The notes beneath the pieces are model-generated. The model was not told the DNA's origin, ran no database searches, and saw only the letters and a program-made list of their open reading frames with translations. DNA of 55,162 bases, counting the filler, from Thelocarpon superellum (lineage: Eukaryota): assembly GCA_026025795.1 (NCBI GenBank). It is 2 parts of 2 records of this genome, joined end to end, with 100 filler letters (N's around TTAATTAATTAA, not from the genome) between each part and the next. Parts side by side here need not be neighbours in the genome. Positions count along the whole stretch, not along the records: positions 1 to 27,553 come from JAPEUG010000243.1; 1 more part is not named here. One strand, given 5' to 3'. The translations under genes were made by a program, and so were the position numbers. Positions 1 to 13,012 of this stretch are shown piece after piece. The first letter of the stretch is position 1. Each line of letters opens with the position of its first letter.

Positions 1-221
1 CGGCCACGGCCACGGCCACGTGCGATGACGGAAGCTGTCATCGAACAAAGGTCGGAACTCTCCGAGAGCATAGGGGAGATGTGTACATAAAGATGGGGAG
101 GTTTCGTCTGGTCTTTCCGACACCTGCCCCACTTCCCATTGACACGATTCTCCATTTGTCATTCAATTGAACTTCAAAAGAGAATAGGTCAAGCAGGCTT
201 CTTGTAGGGATACTCACGTCC

Positions 222-1521
222 ATGAGCTCGAGCTATCAAGCCATCAAGCAAGGGGGACCCCTCGAGGTCACTGTCGGCCCCAAACACGCTCCCGAGAAGG
301 ATGAGATACTGGTGAAGAACAAAGCCATCGCACTGAACCCAGCCGACTACAAGCAGCTGTGAGGATCTTTACCTTGCATTCGCGGGACATGGCTGACAAG
401 TGGGTATCAGTCAATCTGGATTCAGGGTCGCGAAATGGCCGGCGACCTTTGGCTTCGACGCAGCCGGGATAGTCGAAGCCGTTGGACCGGAAGTGACCAG
501 GTTCAACGTCGGAGATGAAGTGCTGTCGAAATTCAGCTCGGGCGACGACCGAACCGGGGCTTTTCAGGTGCGTTCTCCCCGTGACGATGGATGAGGAGAC
601 GCAACATGAGGCTAGGCTGATGCGGTGCCATTGCCGTGTGGTAGGAATTCCCCATCGCACAAAGCATCACGACGGCGCGGAAGCCTACCGCGTTGAGCTT
701 CGAGGATGCCTCTTCCCTGCCGTGAGTCGTCTGCGTTCACGACACGTTCATCCTTGACGGTCTCGCTAACGTCTCAATCAACAGCGTCACGTACCTCACA
801 GCAGCCTCGGCCATCTACGGCGAGCTGCAGATTCCTCTGCCCAAGCTCGAGGGAGGTCGGAAGGCAGGGTACACGCCACGGACCGTTCTTGTAGGCGGCC
901 TCGGCCTCCCCGCCCTCGCACCCATCACCACTAACACGCGTGATGAAATCAAAGGTACGCCGGGGGAGTTCAGGGGTCGGTGCGTCCACGATCCAGCTGC
1001 TGCGCTACGCCCTGCCAGAGGCCACGATCCTCGCGACTTCCTCTCCGCCGCACCACGCCCACCTGCTCCGTCTCGGTGCCAGCCAGGCCTTCGACTACCA
1101 CTCGGCGACGCTCGTGAGCGACATTCTCAGCGCCACGCGCACGGCCACCCACAGCCACGGCGGGGTTGACGCGATCGTCGACGCGGTCAATGCCGTGCTT
1201 CTCAACCCGGCCCTCTTTGACACTTTCGCGCCGGGCCCCGGACCTCCCCATTTCGCAGAGGTCGGGACGGGCCGGACCGTCAAGCCGGAAGACGTGCCCG
1301 CGGGAGTCGTCCAGCATCTCCCTTTCAGTGAAAAGGTCGTCTCTGATCCGGATGGGGGAAAGAGCCTTTTCAGCCTGCTTGAGACCTTGCTGCAGCAGGG
1401 AAAGTGGGCCGTCCCCGTCCCTGTGGAACGGGGAGGGACTGGCTTTGAGGCTGTGGGAACGGGCTTGCACCATCTCCAGACGAAGGGCGTGTCAGGGAAG
1501 AAGCTAGTCGTTACTTTGTAG
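222..1521 (+). CDS. MDR-superfamily enoyl-reductase-like / quinone oxidoreductase (GroES-like + Rossmann), about 5 exons
   Basis: ATG at 222 gives MSSSYQAIKQGGPLEV...EILVKNKAIALNPADYKQ. Later exons give GFDAAGIVEAVGPEVTRFNVGDEV, SFEDASSLP, GSSGVGASTIQL, LGASQAFDYH and GVSGKKLVVTL*. GT-AG introns at about 359-410, 568-643, 722-784 and 891-954. Confidence 0.85.
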
Positions 1522-1607
1522 GATGGACTAGTCTAGCCTCTCTGGAAAAGGAGATATGAACTTGATATCATGATATAGGTGATACGTGGAACTAGGAGAG
1601 AGATGAT

Positions 1608-4600
1608 CTAAAGAAACGCCAGCAATCGCCTTTTCAGCCCAGTCATCAACCTCTCCACGTCGGTCAGGTCAAAGTTCGATGTCGACGCGAACATGCCGAC
1701 GTAGAGTCCCCCTTGCTCTTTCTCCTTTTCTCTCTCCCTCCCTTGTTTCTCCTCTCCTCCGACGTCACCTTCTCCTTGGCCAGGCCCATCGGTATGCCGC
1801 ACACTAGGTCGAGTAATCCGCGCTTCGACGTCCAGCTTCGGAAGCGCGTAGACGTGTTGTAGCTCCCGATGCTCTGCAGTTGAATCGGATAAAGGGCGAG
1901 GACGAGGATACTCAACCACGCCCTTCCAATCCTTCCCGTACCGCTCTTCTTGCACTTGACGGATTTCAATTTCTCCCTCCGCCTCTTGTTCTACCACTTT
2001 CGCTCGTTCTTCATCTCCAACGCCACCGGCGGCCAAAGACACAGCACCTAGAAAATTGACACACACGTCCATCTTCACACTTCCAAGCGCACCATACAGC
2101 TCGTTCAGCCCTGCACAGGCATTTGGCGGAATCGCTGTGATTAGCTGCATGTCCTCGTGGATGCGAGATGCTAGGGCCAGATTTGACTGAGACGAGGTAC
2201 GGCGGATCCGTAGTGGTACCACGTTGAATGTCGGGCCGGAGACGGTCAGGGCTTGCGTTGGTGTGAGGGCGCGGTTCGAGATGTAGGTTCCTAGTATTAT
2301 GTCCGCCTCCTTATCCTTCTGGCTGTTGGATGCAGAGGTCATAGAAGAAGAGGAGGTAGCGGTGGTGGTGGTGGGGGGAGAAACAGCAGAGAGAAACCCG
2401 GCGTAGACCTGTGAAAAGGCGGCCAGGAAGATCGATTGAAAGCCGAGTCCATGAACCCGGGCCACTTTTTCCAGATCTGTGACGGTCGACGTGTTTAGTA
2501 GGGGGGCGCGGAAGATTTCTGCTTTTCTCATTTCTTTCTTTTCCTCCTCCTCTTCCTCTCCTCCCCCAATTTCCCTCCCTTCATCTTGGCTTCGTGACTT
2601 TGCTGATGTAGATTCAGCTAGATACCGTGTCCAGAAGTCTCTCCATTGTGTGTTGCCCGACTGCGAGGTAACGTAGGCTATGAAATCAGCCATGTCACAA
2701 GTCTTCACTTCCGCGACGCTCTGAGGATTGTTGTAGGCGTGTTGCAGAGAGTTGATGAGTAATGGAAGACTGATCGCATCGTATAAGGCATGGTGGATCT
2801 TGAGCCGGAGCGTCGTCGTGTCGTTCTCACCGTCCAGTGCGGACAGCAGTACGGGAAAGTCTCCATCAAAGGGAGAAATCTCCTCTCCGGCATCTGACCA
2901 CAAGACTCCCCGGTGATTCTCCTTCATAATGACCTGCAGGTAAGGATGTCGTCCGTCATCGCGCATCACAAATGTCGTCCGTAGGATTGCAAGGTCCTGC
3001 TTGGTCTTCGCCCAGGCACGCTCGAGTCTATCACGACCCAAACGCCGCTCGACCCGATAGGTGAAGGTCGGGTAATACAGTGCGCCCCTGGCTTGCTGCC
3101 AGAGCGCTAGCATATAAGACTGCCCTGCGGTCGTCGGCATCACTTGTTCTACCTCATCGGACGAGATCCCGGCTGATCTCAAGGCGGACGGGACATGGAC
3201 GTCCTTAAGTGCTTTCTTCAATATAGCTGCCGTAGGGATGGCGATGGCCGAAAGTCCTTCCCCCTCTCCGTCTCTCTTTGAAGCAACAAGTGCCGCCATC
3301 TTTCTAATACTCGATGCGCTCATGATCTCGCTGCTGGCGAGGTTGATAGATCGCTTCTTGAGCAGCGACGAGATTTTGATCGTGCTGATAGAATCTAAGC
3401 CGAGATGGAAGATCGTGTCGTCTTTCCGAATGTCGCCGGGAGGGATCTTGCCAACGATTGAGAGGACGTCACGGATGTTGATCTCTGTATCGGAAAGCGT
3501 GGTGTCTTCTCCGCCGATGCCTGGTCGAGAGCGCTCCATGTCCTTTGGCAGGCTGGTACCAAGTTGAATCCAGGGAAGACGGCAGATTGAAGCCTCACCC
3601 TGGTGGAATTCGACGCATGCCCTGTCCGGGCGCCTGATCAACTCGTCGAGAACAGTGTCGATTTGACTCAGTAAATTTGCCAATTCCTTATCAATGAACA
3701 CGGAATTTCGGCACGCTACCGTCCATACTACCTTATCCTCCTTGATCTCCATCTCCATATTCACAGGATACTGAAACGGTCAGCGTGTTCGTTTGAGAAA
3801 GGCGAGGGACTTACAACTGTGCTCGCCACACCCACAGTAGAAGCCTGGTACAATGCTGGTGACGGATTCGGAGTCAGATCTGGTTTCTTCTGATATATGA
3901 ACAAGGAATCAAAGAGGTCTTGCTCCCTCAAAGTGAACCTCCCCAGTTGTTGAGCTCGCCGGAGGGAGACATGTTGATATCGGGAGACATTCACACTGTT
4001 GTCTTGCATGTACTGCAACATCTCTTTCCGCGTACCGTGGAGAATGGACCGGACGGCGACAGTGTTCATCATGGGAAAGGCAACGTCATTTGCTTCCTCT
4101 GACTCGCGACCAGAGAGAACGGCGCCAAAGACGACGTCGAGCTTTTTCAAGTGATGCGCGAGCACTAGTGCCCAGCATGTCTGTCCGAGCGTTTGAATTG
4201 TGATGTGACTGGATCGGCAGTATTCTCGGACCGTCGACGGAGAAGAGGACGACCGAAGAAAGCTCCGACGATCGGAATGATGAACGACATTGTCCCGACG
4301 CGGGAACGACGATGGCGCAACCCCGTCCAGGTTCTCTTTCCAAAAGGTCTCCGCATCAGGACCAGATGAGTCGAGGATCTGGTTCAAGAATGGCCGGTAC
4401 GATGGTCGCTTCACCACCTTTCCCATGTATGCCTGGTGGACGTCGTGATGGAGTAGGGCGAGCGAGTACCCATCATATAACGCATGAGACAAGTGAAGAT
4501 GAAGAGAGTCTTCCCGTTGAATATCGCTCGGGTACTTCACGAATCGCAGAGCGATGGGTGATCTGGCGAGGATATCCCGGGAAAATTCGTCGTCGGTGGC

Positions 4601-7600
4601 CTTTGGCTTGTCTTGTGTGACAGAGCCCTCGGATAAGTCGACCGCCTTCCAGTCAATTTCTCCCATACGGCGCACTACCTGCGCATACGTCGACTTGATA
4701 TCGGGGTCGTCAATTGGAACGAATGAAGTTCGCCAGATTGGGGTGTTGGAGATGACGGTGGTCCACGCGTTATGAAGACGCTTCACGTCAACGCCGGGAG
4801 CGAGTTTCAGCATAACTTGATTGCCGTATAGAACACCATTCGAGCGCGTCAGCTGCGCCGTCATGGCTTCTTGCAATGGCGTTGCCGGGAGGACACAATC
4901 AACTGAGCTCAGGTCAAAATGTATGCTCGAAAGGTATCGGCGTATCTCTTGTTCTTGAGCGTCAAGCACCTCTTCGCCTTCGGGTTTGTTGATAGGATGT
5001 TCACCGCGAAAAAGACGTCCGGCCATGTTGAGAATGCTTCCGGACTGCATGATGTCGCTGACAGAAAGCGCAATGCCGAAGCGGTGTAACCTCGAGGACA
5101 GCTTGATAGCGTCGATGCTGTCTAGACCAAGCTCAAAGATGGAACTCTGCTCGGTGATGGCCGATTCATCACTTCCGGTGAGTGTTGCAATCTCGCTCCG
5201 TATTTGACTGGCTGTGGGGGACCACTCATATTCTTGAGCCATGCCCCCACCGAGCGCAGAGGTCTTTCTAGTCATGGGCATCTCGATGGATCTAGGCCGA
5301 TGAGCAAACTGTACCATCTCCATCGAAGCGGATACCAGGGCGCAAGGATCACTTGTCATCGCGTCGAGAGCTTGCTCCGTTTTCCCAAGCAGTGTGTCTG
5401 ATCTCGCTCTGTGAGAGATTGTTCCGTCTGTGACAACAGTCAAGGTCAAGCAATCATCCGATCGAGATCGTGCCTCAAATGCGAGGAGGAACTGTGACGG
5501 TTAGCTAGGAAGGCGAATCCGCCCCAAGGACTTACATCGGGAAGTAATGCCTCATCGTGGAGTGAGTTGACCTCCTCTAGCTCAGTCGACATGGTTTGAC
5601 TCTCTTTCTGGAAGCTGAAGATAATGTCAAAGAGTGGATTGCCTGCGGATCGATTGCACCATTTCATGATGTCTCGAAGTGGAGTATGCTGGAAGGGTAA
5701 GATAGACGTGTTGAGATCGTGGCATTGGCGAACCAGATCAGCCCATGTATCCGTCGGATCAAGGTGAATCACGAAAGGAACGGTGTTGAATAGGGGACCG
5801 ATGGTTTCGTCGATGCCCTCAATGTCCAGAGATCGACCGGATACCAACGTCCCGATGATGACCGGACTAGGTAGAATCGAGCGAAGTACGGCGATCCAAC
5901 ATGCTTGGATGATGGCCTGGTGCGTCGTCCCGAGCCGTCTTCGCAATTTCTCCATCCCCGTCGCCGTGACATGTCGGGTCACTGGTGGGACCGAGCATTC
6001 CGAGATCTCTCGCGTTGGGAGCGGATGATATTCTGCGCCTGCCAGAAGCTTGGTCCAGAACACAGACGCTCCTTCAACCCGGCGAAGGGGACCCCGTACG
6101 AGCACCTCCTGAAAGGAAGGACCATAAGAAATCCCCGACGCTTTCTTGTACTCCTTCATGACGCGATCCAACATGAGGTCGTGGCTCCAGAAATCGTAGA
6201 GAGCATGATGATGGAAGATGCCGAGCTGGACCTCTAAACGCTGACGGAAGATGACTAGCTGGAACGGGGTCGTGATCATGGCTTGGTTTTGCTTGTGCCA
6301 CGTCTTGAACTCCAAGGCCTTTGCGGACGACGAGTCTCCGTCCTCCTGCAGGTGGATTTCCTTCCACAGGAGCGGGGCATTTTTGATAACCGCTTGAGCA
6401 TGACCATCCGCCGTCGACACGAAACGAGTCCTGAGGATATGCGCTTTTTCCGCTACCGTTGCCCACGCGTCGCGAAATCGTGCAAGGTCCATGTCCTCCG
6501 CGAGGCGATAACAGAATGCGGAGAAATAGAACGGTCGACCGCTCGCAGTTGACCGCGCAATCATCGCTTCTTGTAGCGCGGTGCAGGGGGCGATACCTTC
6601 GATGACATCGACGGGTAGGTGCAATGCTCTCGACACGGAAAAGGCATGTTGGTGCGCGAACGCGGCCATTCGCTGGCGGACGTCCACGTCGGCGGCTTCA
6701 GTAGGAGCGCGAAGGAGGTCTGTTCCTCCCCCGCGACACAGCACATCGACCAACCGCCCTACAGTGTTATGTTCCAAGACGACCGACGTCTGTGCCGTGG
6801 AGAATCCAGCCTCTCTCAGGGCCCGAGCAAATGAGATGACCGTGATGGAATCCAGCCCAAGGGTGAAGATGCTCGATTCCAATTGCACGTCCTCTGCCCC
6901 CACCCGGGCCATCTTTGCCAAGATCTCCACGACTCTTTTCTGCGGATCAGACAACGGGCCTCGATCGCGGACTAGACTCTGTTGGAGATCTCGGAGTTGT
7001 TCGATTGGGATCCTGCTGAAGAGCTCTCGCAGTTCGCGTGCATCTGCTTTGTTATTTGCGGAAAGAGGAATGGCGGTAAGGGGAACAAAAAAGGTCGGAA
7101 TCATGTACGCAGGCAGTCGATGCCGACAAGCATCGCGAGCGAGGCGAATCACGGTGCCGCCGTGGCGATCATATTGTGCTTGGCCACGGCTCGCACCGTT
7201 TTTCGTGGGACGGGTGACGAAGAAGGCAATCAAATGCTCTCGCCGCGAAGCCGAGTGCTGCGCCAAAAGGGTGACGACTTCGGATACCTCCTTCACACCA
7301 GCTCGAATGACTTGGTTGATCTCGTGGACCTCGAGGCGCTGGCCTCGGAGCTTTACTTGGTCATCCACCCTGCCAAGGTACTCGAAGGAGCCATCGTATA
7401 GCACGCGAACCATGTCACCGGTCCGATAGACCCTCTCCTGGAACTCGTCAAGGTACGGAAAGCGTTCCTGAGTGAGCTCGGGTCGATTCAAGTACCCTCG
7501 ACCGACGAGCTTCCCCGACACGCAGAGCTCACCAATGCCGCCACGCGGGATGAGCATGGCGGTCCCGGGGCGGAAGACGTAGGAACCAACGTTATCGTAT

Positions 7601-10600
7601 TGTGGGCCAATATTGGCGGGATTCCCATCGCGCGGAACACGTCGATTCATCGTACAACCGATGGTGACTTCGGTGGGGCCGTAGCCGTTGAAGATGCATA
7701 ACTTCGGCCCCCATTGGTCGAGGACGTCTTGATTCAGGCGCTCTCCGCCCGTGATAAAGGCACCATCTATCAACGCGGGCGCGTCTTCGGGAGAGATGAG
7801 CTTGGCGAGGCTCGGGGTAAGGTCAACGTGCGTGACCTCCAGCCGACGAATGGCCCGAGCAATGTCCTCAAAGATGAGATCTCGAGGGGCGGACGTAACG
7901 CAGATGCCCACGCTCCAGCTCCAGTATTGTTCCATGACGCTGACGTCGAAATGAAAGGACGCAAATTGTAGGAAGCGTGAATTGGGTTGCCATCGTCCCG
8001 CCAACAGCCGTTGGAAAGCCAGCGTGAATTGTACGGCATTGTCGTGGGTGATTTCGCAGCCCTTGGGCGTCCCGGTAGTGCCTAGCCCATGTTCCATCAG
8101 CGAGAGCTATGCGGTCAAGAAATGCCTTACCTGACGTGTACAAGCAATAGCATGTGTCGTCTGGTGTTGCTGGGCGCTCCAGCTTCACGGGCGCCTGAGG
8201 AAATCTCGACAGCGCCTCCAGGTCGTCGAGGGCATAGATCGAAGCGGTGGTGTGTCCCCGTAGCTCGGTGGCACGTCTCGACATGGTCAACACAAGGTGC
8301 GCCCCTGAGTCTTGAATCACGAATGCTTTCCGCGCGGCAGGCGCGTCGGGGTCCAACGCCACAAAGGCACAGCCCGCCTTCAAGATGCCGAGGATGGCAA
8401 AAGACGCTTGCGGGCACTTGTCGAAACAGATGCCAATGAAGCCTCCTGGCCGCGCCCCGAGAGTCACCAGCAGGTGGGCGACTCGATTTCCGAAGCGGTT
8501 CAGCTCGCGGTAGGTCCACTGGGACCGAGTGAGATGATCGTCGGATAGGTCAGTCGTCCACTCCAGAGCGACTCGATCAGGCATGGCACGGGCATGCTCC
8601 TCGACAAATCCATGTAATACCGACACCTCCGAGGCAATTTCCGCATCGACTGCCGGCGTGGCGGATAATATTGACGCTTCCAGATGAGACGTATCCGTAC
8701 AGTCCTGGTGTGGGCGTAAGACGGTGTCAATCAAGACGCCGTCGAGCTGTTTCAGTAAGATCTCCGCCTGTTGCGCTGACAGCACATCCTCGCGGAAAGT
8801 TATCCGAAGATCGAGATCATCCTCATCGGTCGGCTCGAGCTCGATCGAAATGGGAAACTGGATCGGTTAGGAGAGCTACACTGGTCATGGAGGTGGCGTC
8901 GTACCTCTGCCGTGGCCACTTCTTCGATGATTGTCCAGGGTCGAGCTTGGTCTTCTACGAAGGTGGGCAGCTTTTGAAAGGCAAAGACGGTGTCGAACAA
9001 TGCGTGACCAACATGACCTGTCAATCGCTGGATGGTCGACGAGGGAGTGTGTTGGTGTTCGAGCAGGCCGTGGCTCAGATGCATGATCCTGCGGACCAGC
9101 GAGATATTGTCGCCATGAAGCGAGCACACCATCGGCACCGTGCTGATGCATGGAAAGGCGACGGTGGCCGTGAGGTGTGATGCCAATCGGCCCGAGAGAA
9201 TCAGGCCAAATGTGACGTTGTCATCACCGAGATAGGCGGCAAGGATGCGGGCCCAGGCGGCCTGCCCGGCGGCCTGCAATGCAATCCCGTTGGTCTGGCA
9301 TGCTTTTGCGAGCTGCGCCAAGGACCACGTAGACCTCATCGAGCGCACCACGACCTTCTGGCTCTCTACTCGGGTCGAGGTGATCGTGGGAAACTTGCTG
9401 ATGTGCATCGTCTCGCCTAGCTTGCGCCAGAAGTGGTCTCGGCCGGGTGGCGCTGCTTGGGAGGAATGCAAGATCGAGGCCATGGCAGGTTCCACGGACT
9501 CAGTAGGTGCAAGTGGATGAGCATGGTACGCCCTGGCAAGATCGGCAAGGAAGCATTGGAGTGAGATGGCATCGTAGAGCGCGTGGAGCACCGAGACCTG
9601 CACTAGGCATGTCTCTCTATCCTCAATGACAGACCATCGCCACGCGGGCGCATGAAGACGCGAGACCATTTCAGCTGACCACCGATGACGGAGGTCTTGA
9701 GTCGCGACCAGGGGGTGGGATGGCACAGGATCATCGACATGTGGCACGCCCCCCTCCTCCGCGCGGTAGGTGATCATGACAAATGGGTGATGGGGATCGC
9801 CCGTCTCGCAAAAGCCGGTGCGCAGCATGTCATGGTTCTTCGTCACGAGATCCCAGGCCGTCCGAAGACGACGACGGTCAAGACGGGGCCATCGCAGCAG
9901 ATAGTGATTAAGATACATGGACCCCTGGGACTGGACGAAGCGGGCAACGATGCCCGCCACGAGAGGGGTACATGGCCGGACTGCTTCCACGAGTGATGGA
10001 TCAATCGAGGCTGCCTTGCATACGAGCGCCCGAAATTCCTTGTCAAAGGATGCAAAAGCAAAGCTCGGCGTGTCGGAGGTCGAGCTAGGCAGATTAGTGC
10101 GGAGATGCTCTGCTAGAGCAGCGGGCGAGGGGTGCTGTTGGACCGTCAGAGCGCACACGGCCGATCAGGAGCCACATCCGTACCTCTAGCACATCGCTGA
10201 CTGTCACTGCCACCTCCTGTTCCCGAAGTTGCGTAGCAATTTGGGCGGCAGCCAGACTGTCAATGCCCAACTGGAAGATGGTGACGGTGCGCGAGATGTT
10301 CTGGATCGGATATCCCGACAGGCTGGAGAGAATCTCTCGAATTATGGACTCCGTTTCCGTCCAGGTCTCGACGTCTTTTGACGGCAAATGTTGCTCGCCT
10401 CCTGCTTCTCGGTATGAATGTTCCAGCGATCGTCGGTCGATTTTGCCGGAGGATGATCGCGGAAAGTCATCCAGTAGTACAACATCCCCGGGTCGCATGA
10501 AGCTCGGCAGCCAGCGACGACAAGCATCCATGACGCTGGTCACCCGGGAAGTGGCGTCCGTCCGGAGAGCAAATACGACGAGAATTCCGTCGATGACCAC

Positions 10601-12499
10601 CGCGGTCGGACTGTGGACGTCAGGAGACTGATCGACGGCATATTCCACTTCGGACAGCTCTACCCGCTGGCCACGTAGCTTCACTTGGCCGGACGTGATC
10701 CGTCCGAGGAATTGCAGGGTACCGTCGGGTAAAAGGCGTGCCTTATCCCCAGTTCGGTATACTCTTCCATGCTCGCTCGAGAAGGCAAAGGCGGCCTTTG
10801 TCTTTGCCGGGTGGTTGAGGTAGCCATGAGCGAGCTGATGACCCCCGACAGCTAATTCTCCGACGTGACCCACTGGTAGTGGCCTGACGTGGGCCGGGTC
10901 ATCGGCCGCAATCACCAAGGCCGAGACGGTCTCGAGTGGCTTGCCAATGTTGGCTGGCTTTGCGTCTCGTGAGCAAGGGCTGACCAACGTGCAATGAATT
11001 GCGGCCTCGGTCGGTCCGTACATGGCGTGCAGGATGTTGGGAGTATCGTTGGAGCCACCGAACTCCTGCACGACCGAGCTCGTCAACAACTCGCCGATGG
11101 TCAGGAGCAGTCGGAGACCGGGCACCTGCTTCCTCGTACGCAAGAGGGCCCCGGCAACGGTGGGAGTCAGCTCGGCCGCATCGATCTCCATGTCGTGCAT
11201 GACCGAAGGCAGCCGCGTGAGTAGGCCATCGCGATGGCATCCGACCAAGGTGGCACCACGAAAGAGAGGAAAGAAGATCTCGAAGATGGAGACGTCGAAG
11301 GAAGGCGCGGCAAACTGCAAGAATCGATGAAACGGAGGAAGATGCTGTTCATGAGCCAGGATGGACTGGGTCACGGCGGCGTGAGACACGGCGACGGCCT
11401 TGGGCAGGCCGGTCGAGCCGGAGGTGTACATGACATAAGCCAGGTCGTCGGGCGTCGGCGTGTAGCCGTGGATCTCCTCCGCGTTCGCGTCACGGTCATT
11501 AGGGCAATCTGTGACTAGCACGGACGGGCCATGCTCCCACGTTACTCGGCTTTCTAATGACACTTCCGTGATCACCAATCTAGCCGCGACGTCTTGCGCC
11601 ACATGCTTGAGGCGTTGTTCGGGTGCATCTAGATCGACCGGGCAAAAGGCCGCACCGGCCTTGAGCACGGCGAGCAGGGCGACATACAATTCGGGCCGCT
11701 GGGACATGAGAATCGGGATGATGCGCTGCCTGGATCCGAGGACGTCGTCGTCTGTGACGAGCATCCCCCTGATCCTGGCCGCCAACGCGTCGGATCGGTC
11801 ATGTAGCCTCTCGTACGAGTAATGCTCTTTCGTACCATCGCCGTGCAAGAATTCGATGGCATCGGCGTGCTGGGTCGAGGTCTTTCGTACCAGATGATGC
11901 AGCAGCCGGGCGCCTGGCATCACCGCCGGCGCTGGATTGAGCACGGCCAACATGAGTCCGTCCACCGCTCGCCATGGCATGGGCTGCGTCGACGGACCAT
12001 GGAGCCAGTTCACCAAGGAAGCCAGCTGCTTGCCAATCTGCGGGAGATGTTCGGGCGGAAGCCAGTCCGAGGCATGGAGCGTGACGCGGTCTGATGCGGG
12101 ATCAACGAGCAGGGCAAGAGCGGGCGGCGGGCTGGCACGGTCGAGCTACGAAACCACCTCAGCACATGATCAAGGCGGGCCTCTGAGGTCACGTCACACC
12201 TCTCCAGTCTCGATGCTCGTCCGGGCCGCACGACGTGAGAGCTTCTCGTCTACGTCCACGGTGGCACGCGCCGCCCGCGAGACATCGAATCGGATGGCCT
12301 GATGGTCCACCAGGAAGACGGGCTGTTCTTCACCCGCGTAGCCACGTAGCAGATGAGCCCAAGCACATATCCACAGGCTCAGTGGAGCAGGTGTCAATTG
12401 GAGGGAAAGCGACGCGGTGTCCCCAGCCGGAAGTACTGGTCGACGGTGGGAGCGAAGGTCGGGAAAAGGTGTGTAGCCATGAGCCCGTTCTGCCGACAT
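1608..12499 (-). CDS. sidC: Ferrichrome/ferricrocin-type siderophore NRPS (SidC/NPS2 family), domain order A-T-C-A-T-C-T-C-T-C, about 3500 aa, 7 exons
   Basis: A1 has YVMYTSGSTGLPKAV, FDVSIFEIF, YGPTEAAI and YRTGD. A2 has YCLYTSG|TTGTPKGC, FDVSVMEQYWSW and YGPTEVTIG. Four T motifs (FQLGIDSL, FTLGLDSI, FELGLDSI, FHLGLDSI) and four C motifs (LHALYDA, HHALYDF, SHALYDG, HHALYDA). Six GT-AG introns join the ORF-track pieces in frame. The C-terminal A-T-C-T-C-T-C is typical of ferrichrome synthetases. Confidence 0.9.
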
Positions 12500-13012
12500 T
12501 TCTCAGCGAGTTGATCGGACGAGACAAGGCCGGCAAGGTTCATCTCGAGAGATGACAAAGACTCATGTCGCAACGCTGGAGGCTTTCACGTGCCGAGAAG
12601 AGGGCAGCGTGTACAAGGGCAATATGTACAGCGTGGCCGCGGCCGGAGTCTGTGTTCGATCGGGGTGGCCTAACGACGAGGACAATCTGGAGCGTGCGGG
12701 AAATTTCGTCATCGACCTTCGCTTCCCGCTTCCCGCCGGCTGCCGTAGCCGCGCCCCGTCCCGCGCCCTGTCCCGCGCCCCACGATTCAAGTGCAACGCG
12801 GCCGCCAGGTCTACAGCCCCACCCCCACCAAATGCGCCAGCGATTCTTCAATAGCAATAGATGAATGCATTGCAATCATATACTTTTCGATGTCATATCA
12901 TTTCACACGTGGCAGGCTATGTCGCCGATGGCCGATGGCCGACGGCAGAGTTCATCTCCTGGTTCAACAGGCCGATGGAGTTCTGCTGGCCTCGGCGATA
13001 AACCCGCCCCGC

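Noticed and set aside
12500..13012. Search for an SreA-type ATCWGATAA iron-repression site upstream of the NRPS
   Set aside because: No convincing match seen by eye.
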